From Octopus bimaculoides (taxonomy: Eukaryota), in assembly GCF_001194135.2 (NCBI RefSeq), contig NC_068993.1:56283210-56347209 (forward strand): 64,000 bases of DNA, written 5' to 3'. The notes beneath the pieces were generated by a model. It made no database searches. It was not told the DNA's origin and saw only the letters and a program-made list of their open reading frames with translations. How positions within the stretch are numbered: position 1 is the first letter of the stretch; the number at the start of each line of letters is the position of its first letter. A program made the position numbers and the translations under genes. Below, piece by piece: positions 50,147-63,366 of the stretch.

Positions 50147-50399
50147 AACCCGGCAGCATGAAAGGCAAAGTTGACCTTAACGACATTTGAACTCAGGGCG
50201 TAAAAGTGCCGGAACAAATGCCGCATGATAGTTTCCGATGCTCAAATGGTTTCTGGTTTAGGCACAAGGCCAGCAATTTTGAGGGAAAGGAGTGTAGTCA
50301 ATGTCATCGATCCCAGTAATTGATTACTTTATTTTATTGACCATCGAAAGGAAAGATCGCTCTCATGTTCAAGCGTGTCAACTGGTATCAGATAAGAAA

Positions 50400-51763
50400 A
50401 AATATCAAGACCAAATCCATGTCATGGGTGCGGTGGTCTACATTTTAAAAATAACCGTCCGTTTAGGTCGTAAAAAGTCGCACTGTAGGACAGAACCTGA
50501 AAAAGGGCTCAACAGAAAAAATCACGTGATCAGGTTATCGGTGACAAAAAAATATGAACGAGCCTCAAAGGAAATTTGTGTATGTAAAAATTAATAACAC
50601 AAACGTAAAGTTACAATTGGATACGGGTAACGATATCTCGAAAATTAACACAGATACATGGGGAAAAATCGTGAGACCTAGATCAAATGAAACTTTGAAA
50701 ATTGCCCGTGGTGTTTCAGGAAAAAAATTATATTTTAAGGGCGAATTGAGAAGTGATATTACTTTTCGTGAAAAAACCTTAAAAGCCAATATTTTTGTAT
50801 TAAATGATACACTAAATTTATTCGGAACTGACTGGATGGAATTATTTAACTTATGGGACCTCCCCATAATCTTTTCTGAAAGAATGTGAATGGTTTTCCC
50901 TCCGCCCTATCATCCTGGTCAAATAGACAAGCAGAGCGTTTTGTTGACATCTTCAAGAGGGCGTTGAAAAAGGCGAACAATGAAGTAATGGACGACCTTG
51001 TACTTCAGCAATTTCTAAGAGCGTACCGAGTAACACCTGATCCGAATACGCTGTCGGGAATATCATCCGCAGAATTGATGTTTGCTAGAGAGGTCAGATC
51101 CGTCTTTGATGAACTGATGCCGAGTAAAGATAAAAAATTAAAAAAAGCAAACAACAAAAATATTTCAAAATTCTTCAAGTTAGGCGACTAAGTTTTTTTA
51201 TAAAAACCTATAGATATGGTAAAGAAAGCTGGCAGGACGGTGTAATTATTAAACAAATTGGAAGTATGTTATTCCTGATAAAAGGGAAAAAATGTCGAAC
51301 ATAAAAGACATATTAATCAACTTAAAAAAGAGATACACGGAAAAGATAGTCACGAGAAATGAAGTATTGTACGGTACGTTTGAGGTATCAACACCCAAGA
51401 AATTTGAAACGACACATTTTAGCACCAGAAGACGGAAAAGAACGGAAACACTGGAACTGAACCCTAAGTGTAAGATATATTAAAACTCTGAGTGGAGTTC
51501 AATTTTCAAAAGGGGAGAGTGAGGCGAGACTAATTCTATAAAGGGGAGATGTTGTGGAAGGATTCCGACCATCCAGTAAGTGATTACAAGTGGAATGATT
51601 CATTGTTATAAAATAAAGAACTGTAAGCGATTGGCAGTTCGGGTTGGTAAGCAGTTCATTGTGAGCCGTGACTGAGAGCGGTGAGTCTTGTGTGATAGTA
51701 TTCGTATTGCGTCTTGTAAATACTTTCTTTCCTTCCTGCTTCGTTAAAATTATATATCCAACA
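50400..51763 (+). mobile_element. Internally deleted Ty3/Gypsy LTR retrotransposon: gag zinc-knuckle remnant, protease, integrase C-terminal part, PPT and 3' LTR (51550-51763)
   Basis: PCHGCGGLHFKNN (50411); VKLQLDTGNDISKI...NLFGTDW (protease); SNRQAERFVDIFKRAL...FLRAYRVTP...SSAELMFAR (integrase); PPT aaaggggaga followed by TGTTG...CAACA containing AATAAA. No RT/RNaseH between protease and integrase. Confidence 0.88.
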
Positions 51764-51777
51764 CTAGGATATAAATG

Positions 51778-52030
51778 GGAGGCGCAATGGCCCAGTGGTT
51801 AGGGTAGCGGACTCGTGGTCGGTGGATCACGGTTTCGATTCCCAGACCGGGCGTTGTGAGTGTTTATTGAGCGAAAACACCTAAAGCTCCACGAGGCTCC
51901 GGCAGGGGGTGGTGGCGAACGCTGCTGTACTCTTTCGCCCCAACTTTCTTTCACTCTTCTTGTTTATGTTGTGCCTGTAATTCAAAGGGTCAGCCTTGTC
52001 ACACTGTGTCACGCTGAATATCCCCGAGAA
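51778..52030 (+). mobile_element. tRNA-derived SINE, family D; second copy at 14341-14540
   Basis: ggaggcgcaatggcccagtggttaggg...ggtttcgattcccagaccgggcgttgtgagtg...ctgctgtactctttc is shared by both copies. Confidence 0.75.
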
Positions 52031-52154
52031 CTATTGGAAATCAGATAATGGATAGAAATATATTCCATTTGAAGCTATTATTCATCAGAGATTTCTTGAA
52101 TAAAAAATATTGATCGTGGTTCTAATTTCACACGGATTGTAGTTAAGTCACCTG

Positions 52155-52510
52155 TTCTGGGTGTTGTGCAACTGGTTCAGACAAAAGTTCTTGTCATCGG
52201 AGAAGAACCAGATCATCCTCAGCTCAACAAGATGCTTCAGCTTGTTCAAGAACTTCTTTGCTTTCGTCAAGCGATTCTCTTCGGCCTTGGCTGTCAGAAC
52301 TTGTCCCTAGCGCCTCTTATACGAGCGGTAGTGAAGGTCCTGTTGCAGAGCCAAGTTCATGGTGACGATTCCAACAATCATCTCTCGCCAAAACCGAGCA
52401 CGGTTCTTTCATCACCTTGTCTTGCCGTTGTTGCATAGATTCCGGCGGGCAGCTAAACTTTTCTCAATTACAGCTTCAATCTTAATGCTCTCCAACACGT
52501 TAAACTGTCC
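52155..52510 (-). pseudogene. Degenerate Tc1/mariner transposase, maT/DD37D-like
   Basis: LHYRSYKRR*GQVLTAKAEENRLTKAKKFLNKLKH...WFFSDDKNFCLNQLHNTQNR. The FSDE/DK first catalytic motif and HNxQN motif are present; in-frame stops. Confidence 0.75.
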
Positions 52511-52654
52511 CTGAAAAAGGAGACATAAAGAAAAAAAAAATCGCTAAATTTAGCCCGAATTCTCTGTATACAGAGAATTTAGCTTTTAAGTTTTATTTTC
52601 CTGTTCATCTCATCAAACTTGTTTCTTCGTAATGTTCACTTCTTTTATCTTTCA

Positions 52655-53052
52655 TCTGTTTTAATCATTAGACTGCGGTCATGCTGGAGTGCCACATTGA
52701 AGAATTTTTAGTCGAATGAAACGATGCTAGTACTTACTTTTTAAAGACTGGTACTTATTCTATCGGTCTCTTTTGTCGAACTGCCAGGTTACGGGGACGT
52801 AAATACACCAATACTAGTTGTCATGCGGTGTTGGGGAACAAACACGAAACACACATACGTACATGCGTACATACTTTCGTAAATACATACATACATACGT
52901 ACATATACATATGACAGGCTTCTTTCAGTTTCCGCATACCAAATCCACTGACAAGCCTTTGGTTGGTCCGAGGCTATAGTAGAAGACACTCACCGAGGGT
53001 GTCGCGCAGTGGGACTGAACCCAGAACCATGTAGTTGGGAAGCAAGCTTCTT
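52655..53052 (-). mobile_element. SINE family A, full length, more diverged
   Basis: Complete body, (TACA)n and head. Confidence 0.8.
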
Positions 53053-53678
53053 ACGATATAGTAACGCCTGAGATAGCAAAATAAATCTTAGACTTTTGAG
53101 ACAATATTGATAGTCCGGAGTTGACAAACTTCCATNNNNNNNNNNNNNNNNNNNNNNNNNNNNNNNNNNNNNNNNNNNNNNNNNNNNNNNNNNNNNNNNN
53201 NNNNNNNNNNNNNNNNNNNNNNNNNNNNNNNNNNNNNNNNNNNNNNNNNNNNNNNNNNNNNNNNNNNNNNNNNNNNNNNNNNNNNNNNNNNNNNNNNNNN
53301 NNNNNNNNNNNNNNNNNNNNNNNNNNNNNNNNNNNNNNNNNNNNNNNNNNNNNNNNNNNNNNNNNNNNNNNNNNNNNNNNNNNNNNNNNNNNNNNNNNNN
53401 NNNNNNNNNNNNNNNNNNNNNNNNNNNNNNNNNNNNNNNNNNNNNNNNNNNNNNNNNNNNNNNNNNNNNNNNNNNNNNNNNNNNNNNNNNNNNNNNNNNN
53501 NNNNNNNNNNNNNNNNNNNNNNNNNNNNNNNNNNNNNNNNNNNNNNNNNNNNNNNNNNNNNNNNNNNNNNNNNNNNNNNNNNNNNNNNNNNNNNNNNNNN
53601 NNNNNNNNNNNNNNNNNNNNNNNNNNNNNNNNNNNNNNNNNNNNNNNNNNNNNNNNNNNNNNNNNNNNNNNNNNNNNN

Positions 53679-54030
53679 TTCAAAGCATTGTTCTTTCTGT
53701 TCTGCCTGCGCTTCTCTGCACCAGCTTTCCTGTCACTTTCATATTGTCGGGAACCGCTGTGAACAGCGACCCGCCACTTCGCCACTTGGTCCTATCTAAA
53801 GCTGTCTGCTCCCATGATGACGGGTCAATGTTGAAGGCCTTCAGTGATACCTTTAGGCTGTCTTTAAACCGTTTCCTCTGGCCACCATGGGAGCGCTTGC
53901 CGTGCTGGAGCTCACCAAACAAAAGCTTCTTGGGTATTCTGTAGTCTGGCATGTGGGCTACATGACCAGCCCAGCGAAGCTGAGTTCTCATCAGGATGGT
54001 AGGGATGCTTGGGAGCCCGGCACGAGTGAG
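53679..54030 (-). mobile_element. RTE-BovB-like LINE ORF C-terminal fragment
   Basis: EILTRAGLPSIPTILMRTQLRWAGHVAHMPDYRIPKKLLFGELQHGKRSHGGQRKRFKDSLK...WEQTALDRTKWR. Confidence 0.85.
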
Positions 54031-54534
54031 GATTTCCTTCAAAATTACAAGTTTTATGAACGACCAAAATACAGAATTACTTCCCTTACTATTGTTGTAG
54101 TAGAGAGTTATTTCCCTTAGCAGACGCTCTAATCTTTGACGTTTCACTAAATATTATAGAGCTTATTTCACTAAAATTTCGTTTCATAGAATTTCTTGAC
54201 CCTTAACAAGGCGTATTAATTTCTCTATATTCGTAGTTAATACATAAAATACACAAAGTAAAAAAAGTAAAATATACACTAATGGTATAACTTTATTTGC
54301 GAAATTACTTTTTTTTTTTTTTTGGCAAGCGAATTGCAGAGTCGATAGAGCGTTGGATAAAATGCATCGCGATATTCGTTCCGACTCTCTGTGCTCTGTG
54401 TTCAAATCCCGCTGAAGGCAAGAGTTCCTGTTATCCTTTCGTTGTCTGTAAAAAGAAGAGTAACAGTCGTTGGAGCAGAAAAAAAAAAAAAAATTAAATG
54501 GACATAACTAAATACACCAAAATATGGGCAGAAA

Positions 54535-54843
54535 AAATGTTTCCTAGTTGAAGTTCCCGATTGTACTGAGCAGACTTTGACAGCATTGAGTGAACGATAG
54601 ATTCTACCTGAGAGTCTCATAGTAAATGGTGTCTAGCGATCTTACAATAACATTGGAATTCTAAATGGTGGTGTATACACTCACGAGGTGATTGTAAATG
54701 AAGATTTCATTCACCTTGCCAATGAAGACGTCCACACGCAAAATATAGAAAATATGTGGATGCGTGTTACACACAAATTACGCCGTTAACTTGGAATTTC
54801 AGAGGCTTTGTTTGTTTCCTATTTGCACGAGTTCATACGATGC
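54535..54843 (+). pseudogene. Degenerate Merlin (IS1016/IS1595-like) transposase
   Basis: CFLVEVPDCTEQTL...R*ILPESLIV...*RSYNNIG...YTHEVIVNEDFIH...VHTQNIENMWMRV...LRR*LG...FVSYLHEF. The HTQNIENMW motif is characteristic of the family. Confidence 0.8.
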
Positions 54844-55139
54844 AATTCAGTAGACAAGAATAAGTCCCTTTACTTCGTTTTACGCAGGTAAACTGAATAA
54901 TTACCCAAAATACTATTGGTGTTGCTTAGTGATATAAATGTTTCAGACGGTCTTCTTAAGAATGTGACAGAAAAATTTCAAAAAATAAACAGCGAAAAAT
55001 GCCAGGAATTAAAATGTACAAGGGAACTAACTCTTTACAAATCTCATACAAATTGTAACCGTATGAATTATTTCCCTTGCTCATCGTATCGCAGTCGGAG
55101 GTTTCGTTGTATCAATATCTGTTCAAAGGTAGTGAGATC

Positions 55140-55165
55140 CTTTTCTCTCTGTCTCTCTCTCTGTC

Positions 55166-55216
<51 letters not shown>

Positions 55217-55232
55217 CCCCCTCTCTCTCTCT
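55140..55232. repeat. (CT)n/(TCTG)n microsatellite
   Basis: Direct observation. Confidence 0.9.
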
Positions 55233-55478
55233 TTGTTTTTTGTACTAAGACAAAAGTATAGCTGATTTCGTTTTCCCAACTATTGTTAATGATATGCCTA
55301 AGGTGTCTCATCACAAATCCATGCTACTGTTTTTACTTGTTAACGGCCTTGTCGTATGCCTCTAACTCCTCTGTGGAGTCGTAAAAGGTGTCATTATGAC
55401 ACGTAGTGGGTCGTTTCAGACATTTTTAGACCTGTGGTATCCATACCTCTTTGTATTTGATTAGTGCCGATTTCTTCC

Positions 55479-55513
<35 letters not shown>

Positions 55514-56464
55514 TGACGGACAGACATACAGATATACAGACAATTAGAATGAAAGAAAGCAGGAAAGAGAAAAACAGCGCTGAATTAACCATCAAGTACG
55601 TCGTTAAGGCAGCAAAGGAAGGTGGTGGTGGTGGGGGCATCATAGAAACGGTAAATGGTTTACGGCACAAAAGAAATCGCTTGAAACTTGCTCAAATAAT
55701 ATTCGAGATGCTTTACCTCTACTAAGTATAGAAACAGATGTGTTACGTAAGGTTAATTTTGAGGATCTGATCAAAAACTTTAGAATTATAAAAACTTTTC
55801 AAATATAAATAAAGTGGAAGTATATAAAAATAAACATTATTGTCTATCTTTTTGTTAGTTTTGTTTCATTTTGAAAAATGAAAATTTATTTTATGGCTTA
55901 TAATTGTTTATATTTTGAATGAGCACCAAAATCCTTTATAGACCTTAATCCGGCCCGAGAGGGATGAATCGACCCTCGTACAAAATTGTTAATTCATTTA
56001 TAGGCCCTGAAAGGATGGTAAGGAAAGTTGAACTGAGCGGTATTTGATCTCAGAGTGCAGAAAGTCAGAACGATTGTCACAATGCAGTCTATAAGATTGC
56101 TTTAACGAGTCTGTCGATCGGTCACCTACATAATCACTGGACCGAAAAAAAAAAAAAATTTAATTAATATTTTTTTTTACTATTTCATTGACTATATCTA
56201 GTCTGCAAGGTGGTTTTGTATTATATATGCACCATGTACGTTTTATTCTTATATATATGTGTGTGTATATAATTAGATTATATATATTATTAATTTTATT
56301 GTGTTTTGTTATGTGCATGAACTCCCGGTCCATAGAAAAATTGTCTTGCATGAAACTGATCTGTGGTGCAAAAACGTTTGGGAGCCGCAGCCTTCGAGCT
56401 GTAAATAAGGGGTGGGATCGGTGGGTAATACTATTTTTTTTTTTTTTGCACTGTAATTTGTCCT

Positions 56465-56610
56465 TCACCTGATTGTCGGTCCACGGCCATTGCCTCATCC
56501 TTCCGAATACCGGGCTGGTCTTGATCATCTTGCGATTTAGTTTGTCACTGAGATTACCATAACAATGGATTGCACGTCGAAGACAGGTAAAAGTGAGTTG
56601 CCTCCATGCA
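56465..56610 (-). mobile_element. Degenerate RTE/BovB-like RT C-terminal fragment
   Basis: FTCLRRAIHCYGNLSDKLNRKMIKTSPVFGRMRQWPW resembles FTYLGSxIxxxGxLxxEINxRIxKASxxFGRLRxRVW. Confidence 0.5.
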
Positions 56611-57529
56611 GCTCCCACACCTCGAATTATGACGTCAAGCCGCATACAATCAAGTGGAAAATAATTTTGAAAATTAATGCCATATGTTAATGGATAAAAA
56701 AAATGTAAACTATGTAAGAAAATGTAAACTATGCAAGCTGAAAGAGCGGAGATCCTTTAAAGATCTAAGAAATCCATCTCACTGCTGAATTCTGGATCTG
56801 AAATCTTCAGCAGATTTAAACAAATGGATAAATTCCTGTTGGCAAATTGAGGTCAACTTTGCTTTCCATCCTTTCAGGGTCGATAAAATAAGTACAAGTC
56901 GAGTATTGGGGATCGGCGTAATCGGCTAACCTCTTCATTTTGAAATTACTGAAGTTGTGCAAAAAAAAAAAAGAAAAAAAAAAGAATTGAAACCATTAAT
57001 CAAAGGAGAGACATAATTAGGTTGAAGTCATTTACCAACGGTTTTCACTAATTGGTTCTTAAATAATCTTTGAAACGAAAACTTGTTAATTTTTATGGTA
57101 GGTATTTTAAGTGCTAATCTTTATGCTGCAGATGAATTTTTAATAAAACATTTATTTTCTCATTAAACAGTTGCCATAGTAATTTTTGCCGTAGTTATTT
57201 ACGCCGTAAAGGTTTTACTGCAAACATTTACGCTGTTAGATATCTTTGTTGTAATATTTTAAAAAAAGAAAAGAAAAAAAAGCCGAACAAACGGCAGACC
57301 ATTATTCCATTTAATGAATACAGCTGCATCACTTTTCTGGTCCTTTTTAATGTTCTCATTAATCCTTTAATCCTTCCTTAATCTCTGCTCCTCAACATGG
57401 TAAATGCACAGTTCATATTCTGCATTCCTCTTTTTCTTAATTTAGTTACGGATTAGCGTGATAAAAGTCTCTTTAACTCCGAATGAGAGAGGTTGCTACA
57501 TACATACACATCTGTATTAAGAGGCTACA

Positions 57530-57577
57530 ATATATACACACACATACATACATACATACATACATACATACATACAT

Positions 57578-57610
<33 letters not shown>
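57530..57610. repeat. (TACA)n/(CA)n microsatellite
   Basis: Direct observation. Confidence 0.9.
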
Positions 57611-57611
<1 letters not shown>

Positions 57612-59307
57612 TAGGAGGGTTGCCCCCATCAAGCGGTTATTAAATATGTTGAAACCTTTTTTTTTGTTTATTTTTGTTGAACTTAATTTACTAATTTTGT
57701 GAATGAAAAAAGTAAAGACCACGTACATGTTTCCCGACTTCACAACCTCATTAACAGCGCCCTCTATGCTTTATAAGCAAGTCTTCTGCCTTACCCCTAA
57801 AAAAAACCCACCCTTAAATTTTTTTTTTTTTTACACAACCCCTCCCTTTTGGGCTACGGGGAATACGAATCTGCCAAAAAATTGGCAAAAATCGACATTT
57901 CTAAATTATTGGCCTTATGCTAAAATTTGGAACCGTTATTTATACTAATGTGTGTGAAGGTGCGTGGTTTAGTGGTTTGGGCATTCAACTCATGATCGTA
58001 AGGTCATGAGTTCGATTCCCGGAAGCATATTTTGTCCTTGAGCAAAATACTTTATTTCCCGTTGGCGAAAAAGAGTTGCATCTGTAATTCAAAGGATCAG
58101 CCTTGTTACATTCTGCTGAATCTCTCTGAGGCTACTCGTGTTTGTGGATTGTTCAGCTGCTTGCACGTTAATTTCACGAGCCAGCTTTAGGGCGGTGATC
58201 TGGCGGACAAAATGCTTCGCGGTATATTTCGGCCGTCATTGCGTTCTGAGTTGAAATTCTGCCAAGGTTGACTTTTGGAGTTTGTAAAATAAGCACCATT
58301 TGAGCACTGCGGTCGATGTAATCGACTAACCCCGTTCCACGAAATTGCTGGTTTCCTGCCAGAAGTTGAAATCATTATTTACACGTATCTGTATTTTAAT
58401 TATTTAAATAAATTCAATATTTGTTTAATTGACCAAGGTGACCTTCCCTGGTTCGGAAAAGTCAGCAATCTGGGACGACTTTGGAATAAAGGGTTCCGGA
58501 AAAATCAATGATGCCCGTGTAGTATCTGAGTAGTGGGATATGATTCAGTCGACTAAACCCATAAAACGAGATTTGTGTTCGCGAAGTTTATAATAACATT
58601 TATAGAGAGCCTCAAATGCTGAAATAATATTATTTCAGCTCAAAATAATATTATTTGTGGAAGGCTACAAACCTAGAAAGAATGAATAGAAACGGGCCCG
58701 AGGAGAAGAGATGAGGAAATTCGCTATGCATCAAAGAATGGTATCTGATTTAGCAGGAATATACGGGGATGAAGTTGTTCTGATATATTTTCTTCTTTTA
58801 GTTAGGTGAAGTTTATAACTTAGAAAGTGTTGGATAAACACGAAACTGGTTTAGCATTTCAATATGCATCGCAATCAGAGGATACTGATTGAAATGAGAC
58901 ATAGGCCTAGGAAGAGAGGACGTGCATCTACTAGTTTAAAAGAATAGTGGCTGTTGCAGCTTCGGTAAAAGTGAATGTCATTTCATGCTAGAGGGAAATT
59001 TAGCTGTTATTTCTGACAAATCGTGAGCTCTTTTATGAGCTCGAACTGTGTGTTGTCCAAAAGTAACGGCGAGTGCGATGCTGTGGCTCTCATTCCATGA
59101 CTATATGGTATCTATGTTTCGGTGAGGAAACATGTTACTCACTCAACTGAAATTTTTCTTTCAGTTGAAGAAAGAAAACAAAAACCTTGTGTAACCAAAG
59201 AGGAGATAATCCTCAAAATAATGGCAACTTAACAAAATCATTTATATGCCCCCCCCTCTCTCTGTATATATCATATATACACATATATATCCTCTGTATG
59301 TATACTC

Positions 59308-59671
59308 ATTTACTCATTTACTTGTTTCAGTCATTTGACTGCGGTCATACTGGAGCACCGCCTTTAGTCGAGCAAATCGACCCCAGGACTTATTCTTTGT
59401 AAGCCTAGTACTTATTCTATCGGTCCCTTTTTGCTGAACCGCTAAGTGACGGGGACATAAACACACCGGCATCGGCTGTCAAGCAATGCTAGGGGAACAA
59501 ACACAGACACACAAACATACACACACACACACACATACATATAAATATACATATATACGACGGGATTCTTTCAGTTTCCGTCTACCAAATCCACTCACAA
59601 GGCTTTGGTCGGCCCGAGGCTATAGTAGAAGACACTTGCCCAAGGTACCACGCAGTGGGACTGAACCTGGA
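59308..59671 (-). mobile_element. SINE family A, truncated by N gap
   Basis: Body plus most of the head. Confidence 0.88.
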
Positions 59672-62600
59672 NNNNNNNNNNNNNNNNNNNNNNNNNNNNN
59701 NNNNNNNNNNNNNNNNNNNNNNNNNNNNNNNNNNNNNNNNNNNNNNNNNNNNNNNNNNNNNNNNNNNNNNNNNNNNNNNNNNNNNNNNNNNNNNNNNNNN
59801 NNNNNNNNNNNNNNNNNNNNNNNNNNNNNNNNNNNNNNNNNNNNNNNNNNNNNNNNNNNNNNNNNNNNNNNNNNNNNNNNNNNNNNNNNNNNNNNNNNNN
59901 NNNNNNNNNNNNNNNNNNNNNNNNNNNNNNNNNNNNNNNNNNNNNNNNNNNNNNNNNNNNNNNNNNNNNNNNNNNNNNNNNNNNNNNNNNNNNNNNNNNN
60001 NNNNNNNNNNNNNNNNNNNNNNNNNNNNNNNNNNNNNNNNNNNNNNNNNNNNNNNNNNNNNNNNNNNNNNNNNNNNNNNNNNNNNNNNNNNNNNNNNNNN
60101 NNNNNNNNNNNNNNNNNNNNNNNNNNNNNNNNNNNNNNNNNNNNNNNNNNNNNNNNNNNNNNNNNNNNNNNNNNNNNNNNNNNNNNNNNNNNNNNNNNNN
60201 NNNNNNNNNNNNNNNNNNNNNNNNNNNNNNNNNNNNNNNNNNNNNNNNNNNNNNNNNNNNNNNNNNNNNNNNNNNNNNNNNNNNNNNNNNNNNNNNNNNN
60301 NNNNNNNNNNNNNNNNNNNNNNNNNNNNNNNNNNNNNNNNNNNNNGTGGAAGGTGTTTGTAAGCCATTTAAAATAACACACAAAATCCGTTTGATTCACT
60401 TCAACATTTAAATTTAATTTGTCAAAATATTTTCGTCGCTTTGAGACCGCCACCTGTTCACTGACACAATTCTGTGCTATATATACTCTCTATGTTTGTA
60501 TATATATATGCTGTGTGTGTGTGTATGCAGAATTTCATATTCAGCTGTTATTGATTATTTCTTTCCAGCCAATTGATGTGAGCAGTCAATCAGAAAGTTG
60601 ACTGAATGTAACGCCCCCAGATACGGATCTATAATCCTACTTAGTATACACACACACGTGCGCACACACACACGTGCGCACACACACACGTGCGCACACA
60701 CACGCGCGCGCTTATACATTTTTCAAAACAGTTGTAATGAGGAAATATGGCTACAGCTGTTGGGCTGGAACTAGTTGAAAGAAATAATTTGTAATAATAC
60801 AATAGTATTGAAGTAATGTAATATTATCATACATACAAGCAAAGTCATACAGATAGAATACGAAAGGATGTACAGATTAATATAAATATGAATCTGTCCC
60901 AGACACGGCGCTGTGTTTCGATTGCGAACTCAACCTCTTCACTGGGCAATCATTATGCGCATATTTACAGCCTCCCCCACACTCTTACACAAAGTGTGTA
61001 TAAATATATTTCCGTTCTTGTAATTCACATAGACAAATAGACATCGACTAATCACGCGCGCGCGCACACACTGCAGTGGTTAAATATTTCACCAAGATGA
61101 ACTAAGTTTTAACTGTCTTATTAATGGGCATCTATCCATTATAAAGCTCCTGATATGTAATTAACATCTCGGTTCATTACCCACCCACCAGTAGAGTGCT
61201 CTGAAAGTATTTTTACTACCTAGGACAGTTATAATTTCTAGTGAATATGTAAGGAGACCGCTTCGACCCCACTCAACCAATGACCATCTCTCATTTCTGG
61301 AGAGCGTCTAAGATACATTTGCTCACGTATCACTCTTTTTGTTTTTTGTTTTAAGACACCAAAGATTCAATTAATGGAAATTTAGTTGCAATTTCTAGCA
61401 GGCCAGGCAGCCTCATTGGCTGGAACGAGCAAATTTAAGGAATTTGAATCCAGGCAGGTACCTTATAAGCACTCTAGTATAATCTAGGTTCTGATTAACC
61501 ACATCAAATGATATGGTACAATGGGAAATTGTTTAAGGTAAACAATCACACAATATTTCACTTGATGATGAAATCCTAAGTTTTCTTTGGATTTTATACA
61601 GCATACAGAGTGTATATTCAAGACATTAAAGATAAGAATGGAGAAGTATACATTCTCGAAAGCTTCTCGAATACTGTAATAAACAAGCTTTGGAGGATAT
61701 GTAATTCCTCATTCTTATTTTTAATATCACACACACATACACACACGCGCATACACACAGAGTAGTTTCGTTCTCGCCTACAAAGGAGTATTGATGTCTT
61801 GTGAGTAGACAGTAGTTGCTTCTTTCCTCCAATCCCAAAATGTATTAAATAAACAACAACCCAAAGAATATGTTTTCTTAAGTATTTTTGTGTCGCCGAG
61901 TACGTGTGCACTAATGTAGCAGACAAACAACACACAAACACACACACATTCAAAATTTGTAGCTTGGTAACTATGTACTCGATATGTACGTACGTACGTA
62001 TGTATGTATGTGCCAACATCAAAGTGGTATGACGTATAAGGACGTTTGCACGTGACTGTGGCGAACTCATCGAAATAAAGTCCTTCCCAGCTCTTTATAC
62101 GAATGAGAGGTTTCGCAGAAGCTCAAGAAATCTAGATGCATGCAAACAGGCACGTATTGCATAAATTCCATTATGTAATAAAGATATTCTACGCCCTCCA
62201 GAAATTCTTCCGTAGCAACGTTGTACCTATTAAATATGTCCAACCAGAAGTCTAGCTCTTTATGATCCCTTGGAACCTTTATGTTTTGTAACGTTTCGGT
62301 AACGTCTTAGTGGATATGGCCTCTCACAATCGCCCAGATGCTGCACATGTTTTGAACATCTCGGTCGTGACGACCTCTTTACAGTCTACACACCTCTTCT
62401 AAAATTCTACATTCCATACTGGTACCTTTGCATTGATTTATATATATTATTATTCCCTTCACTACAACATTCCCTTCGCAGAATTCACAGTGTTTTTAAC
62501 ATGCACGAACTGTCGAACACCAATTATCACACTGATGGACACATCACCAAAACTGGATCTCAGTCACCTGTTACAGGTGATGGGGAAATTATCTGAGGTG

Positions 62601-63151
62601 ACAAGCACCAGATCTATCTTGAAACATAACCGGGTTGTGGCAATTTCATAAATACAATTGCTGACAACACTGGGTTACCTGGGAAAGATCCCTCAACCCA
62701 TTTGCTTTGGGGATTGGATGTAAACGCAAGTCAGAGTGGAGGAGAGCAAAAGCCAAAAAGTTATAACTGTGGATGCACAAATCATTTGAGGGCTTTCTAC
62801 CATGTGGTGAAAGGAAGCATATGATTTCCTTCCCGTCCACATACACGCGCGCGCGTACATTGGTTTATGTCAGACAAACGGGAGAGGAGTGCTTAATGCA
62901 TATTGTAAAGAATATATTTTATTTAATTGAAAATGAAGCTAAGAGTCTGTCTTGCGACTCGAGTTTCAGGCCATTGTGCTCGCCTGAAGAACGCGATGGC
63001 ATGAAACTCTCCCTCGTATATATCTGTGTGTGTGTGCGTGTGTGCGTGTGCGTGTGTTCGTGTGTGCGTTTGGTTGGGTGTGTAGTTTTGGCGGACCAAA
63101 CAAGGGAAATAGAACCCAACACATGCATATATATATATATATATATATATA

Positions 63152-63191
<40 letters not shown>

Positions 63192-63329
63192 TTTAATCAG
63201 TTTGTAAAGTTATATAAGTGATTCAAGGGCCGAGAGTTGCGTGCTTTGCACTTAAGAAAAGGGTGAGACACACTTTCGGTCACTTACATAACTCAACGAC
63301 TGATAAGTATATACATACATACACGTATG

Positions 63330-63366
<37 letters not shown>

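Noticed and set aside
255-59671. Orientation bias of SINE-A copies (about 14 minus versus 4 plus)
   Set aside because: Small sample, not correlated with host-gene strand, and copies may not be independent.
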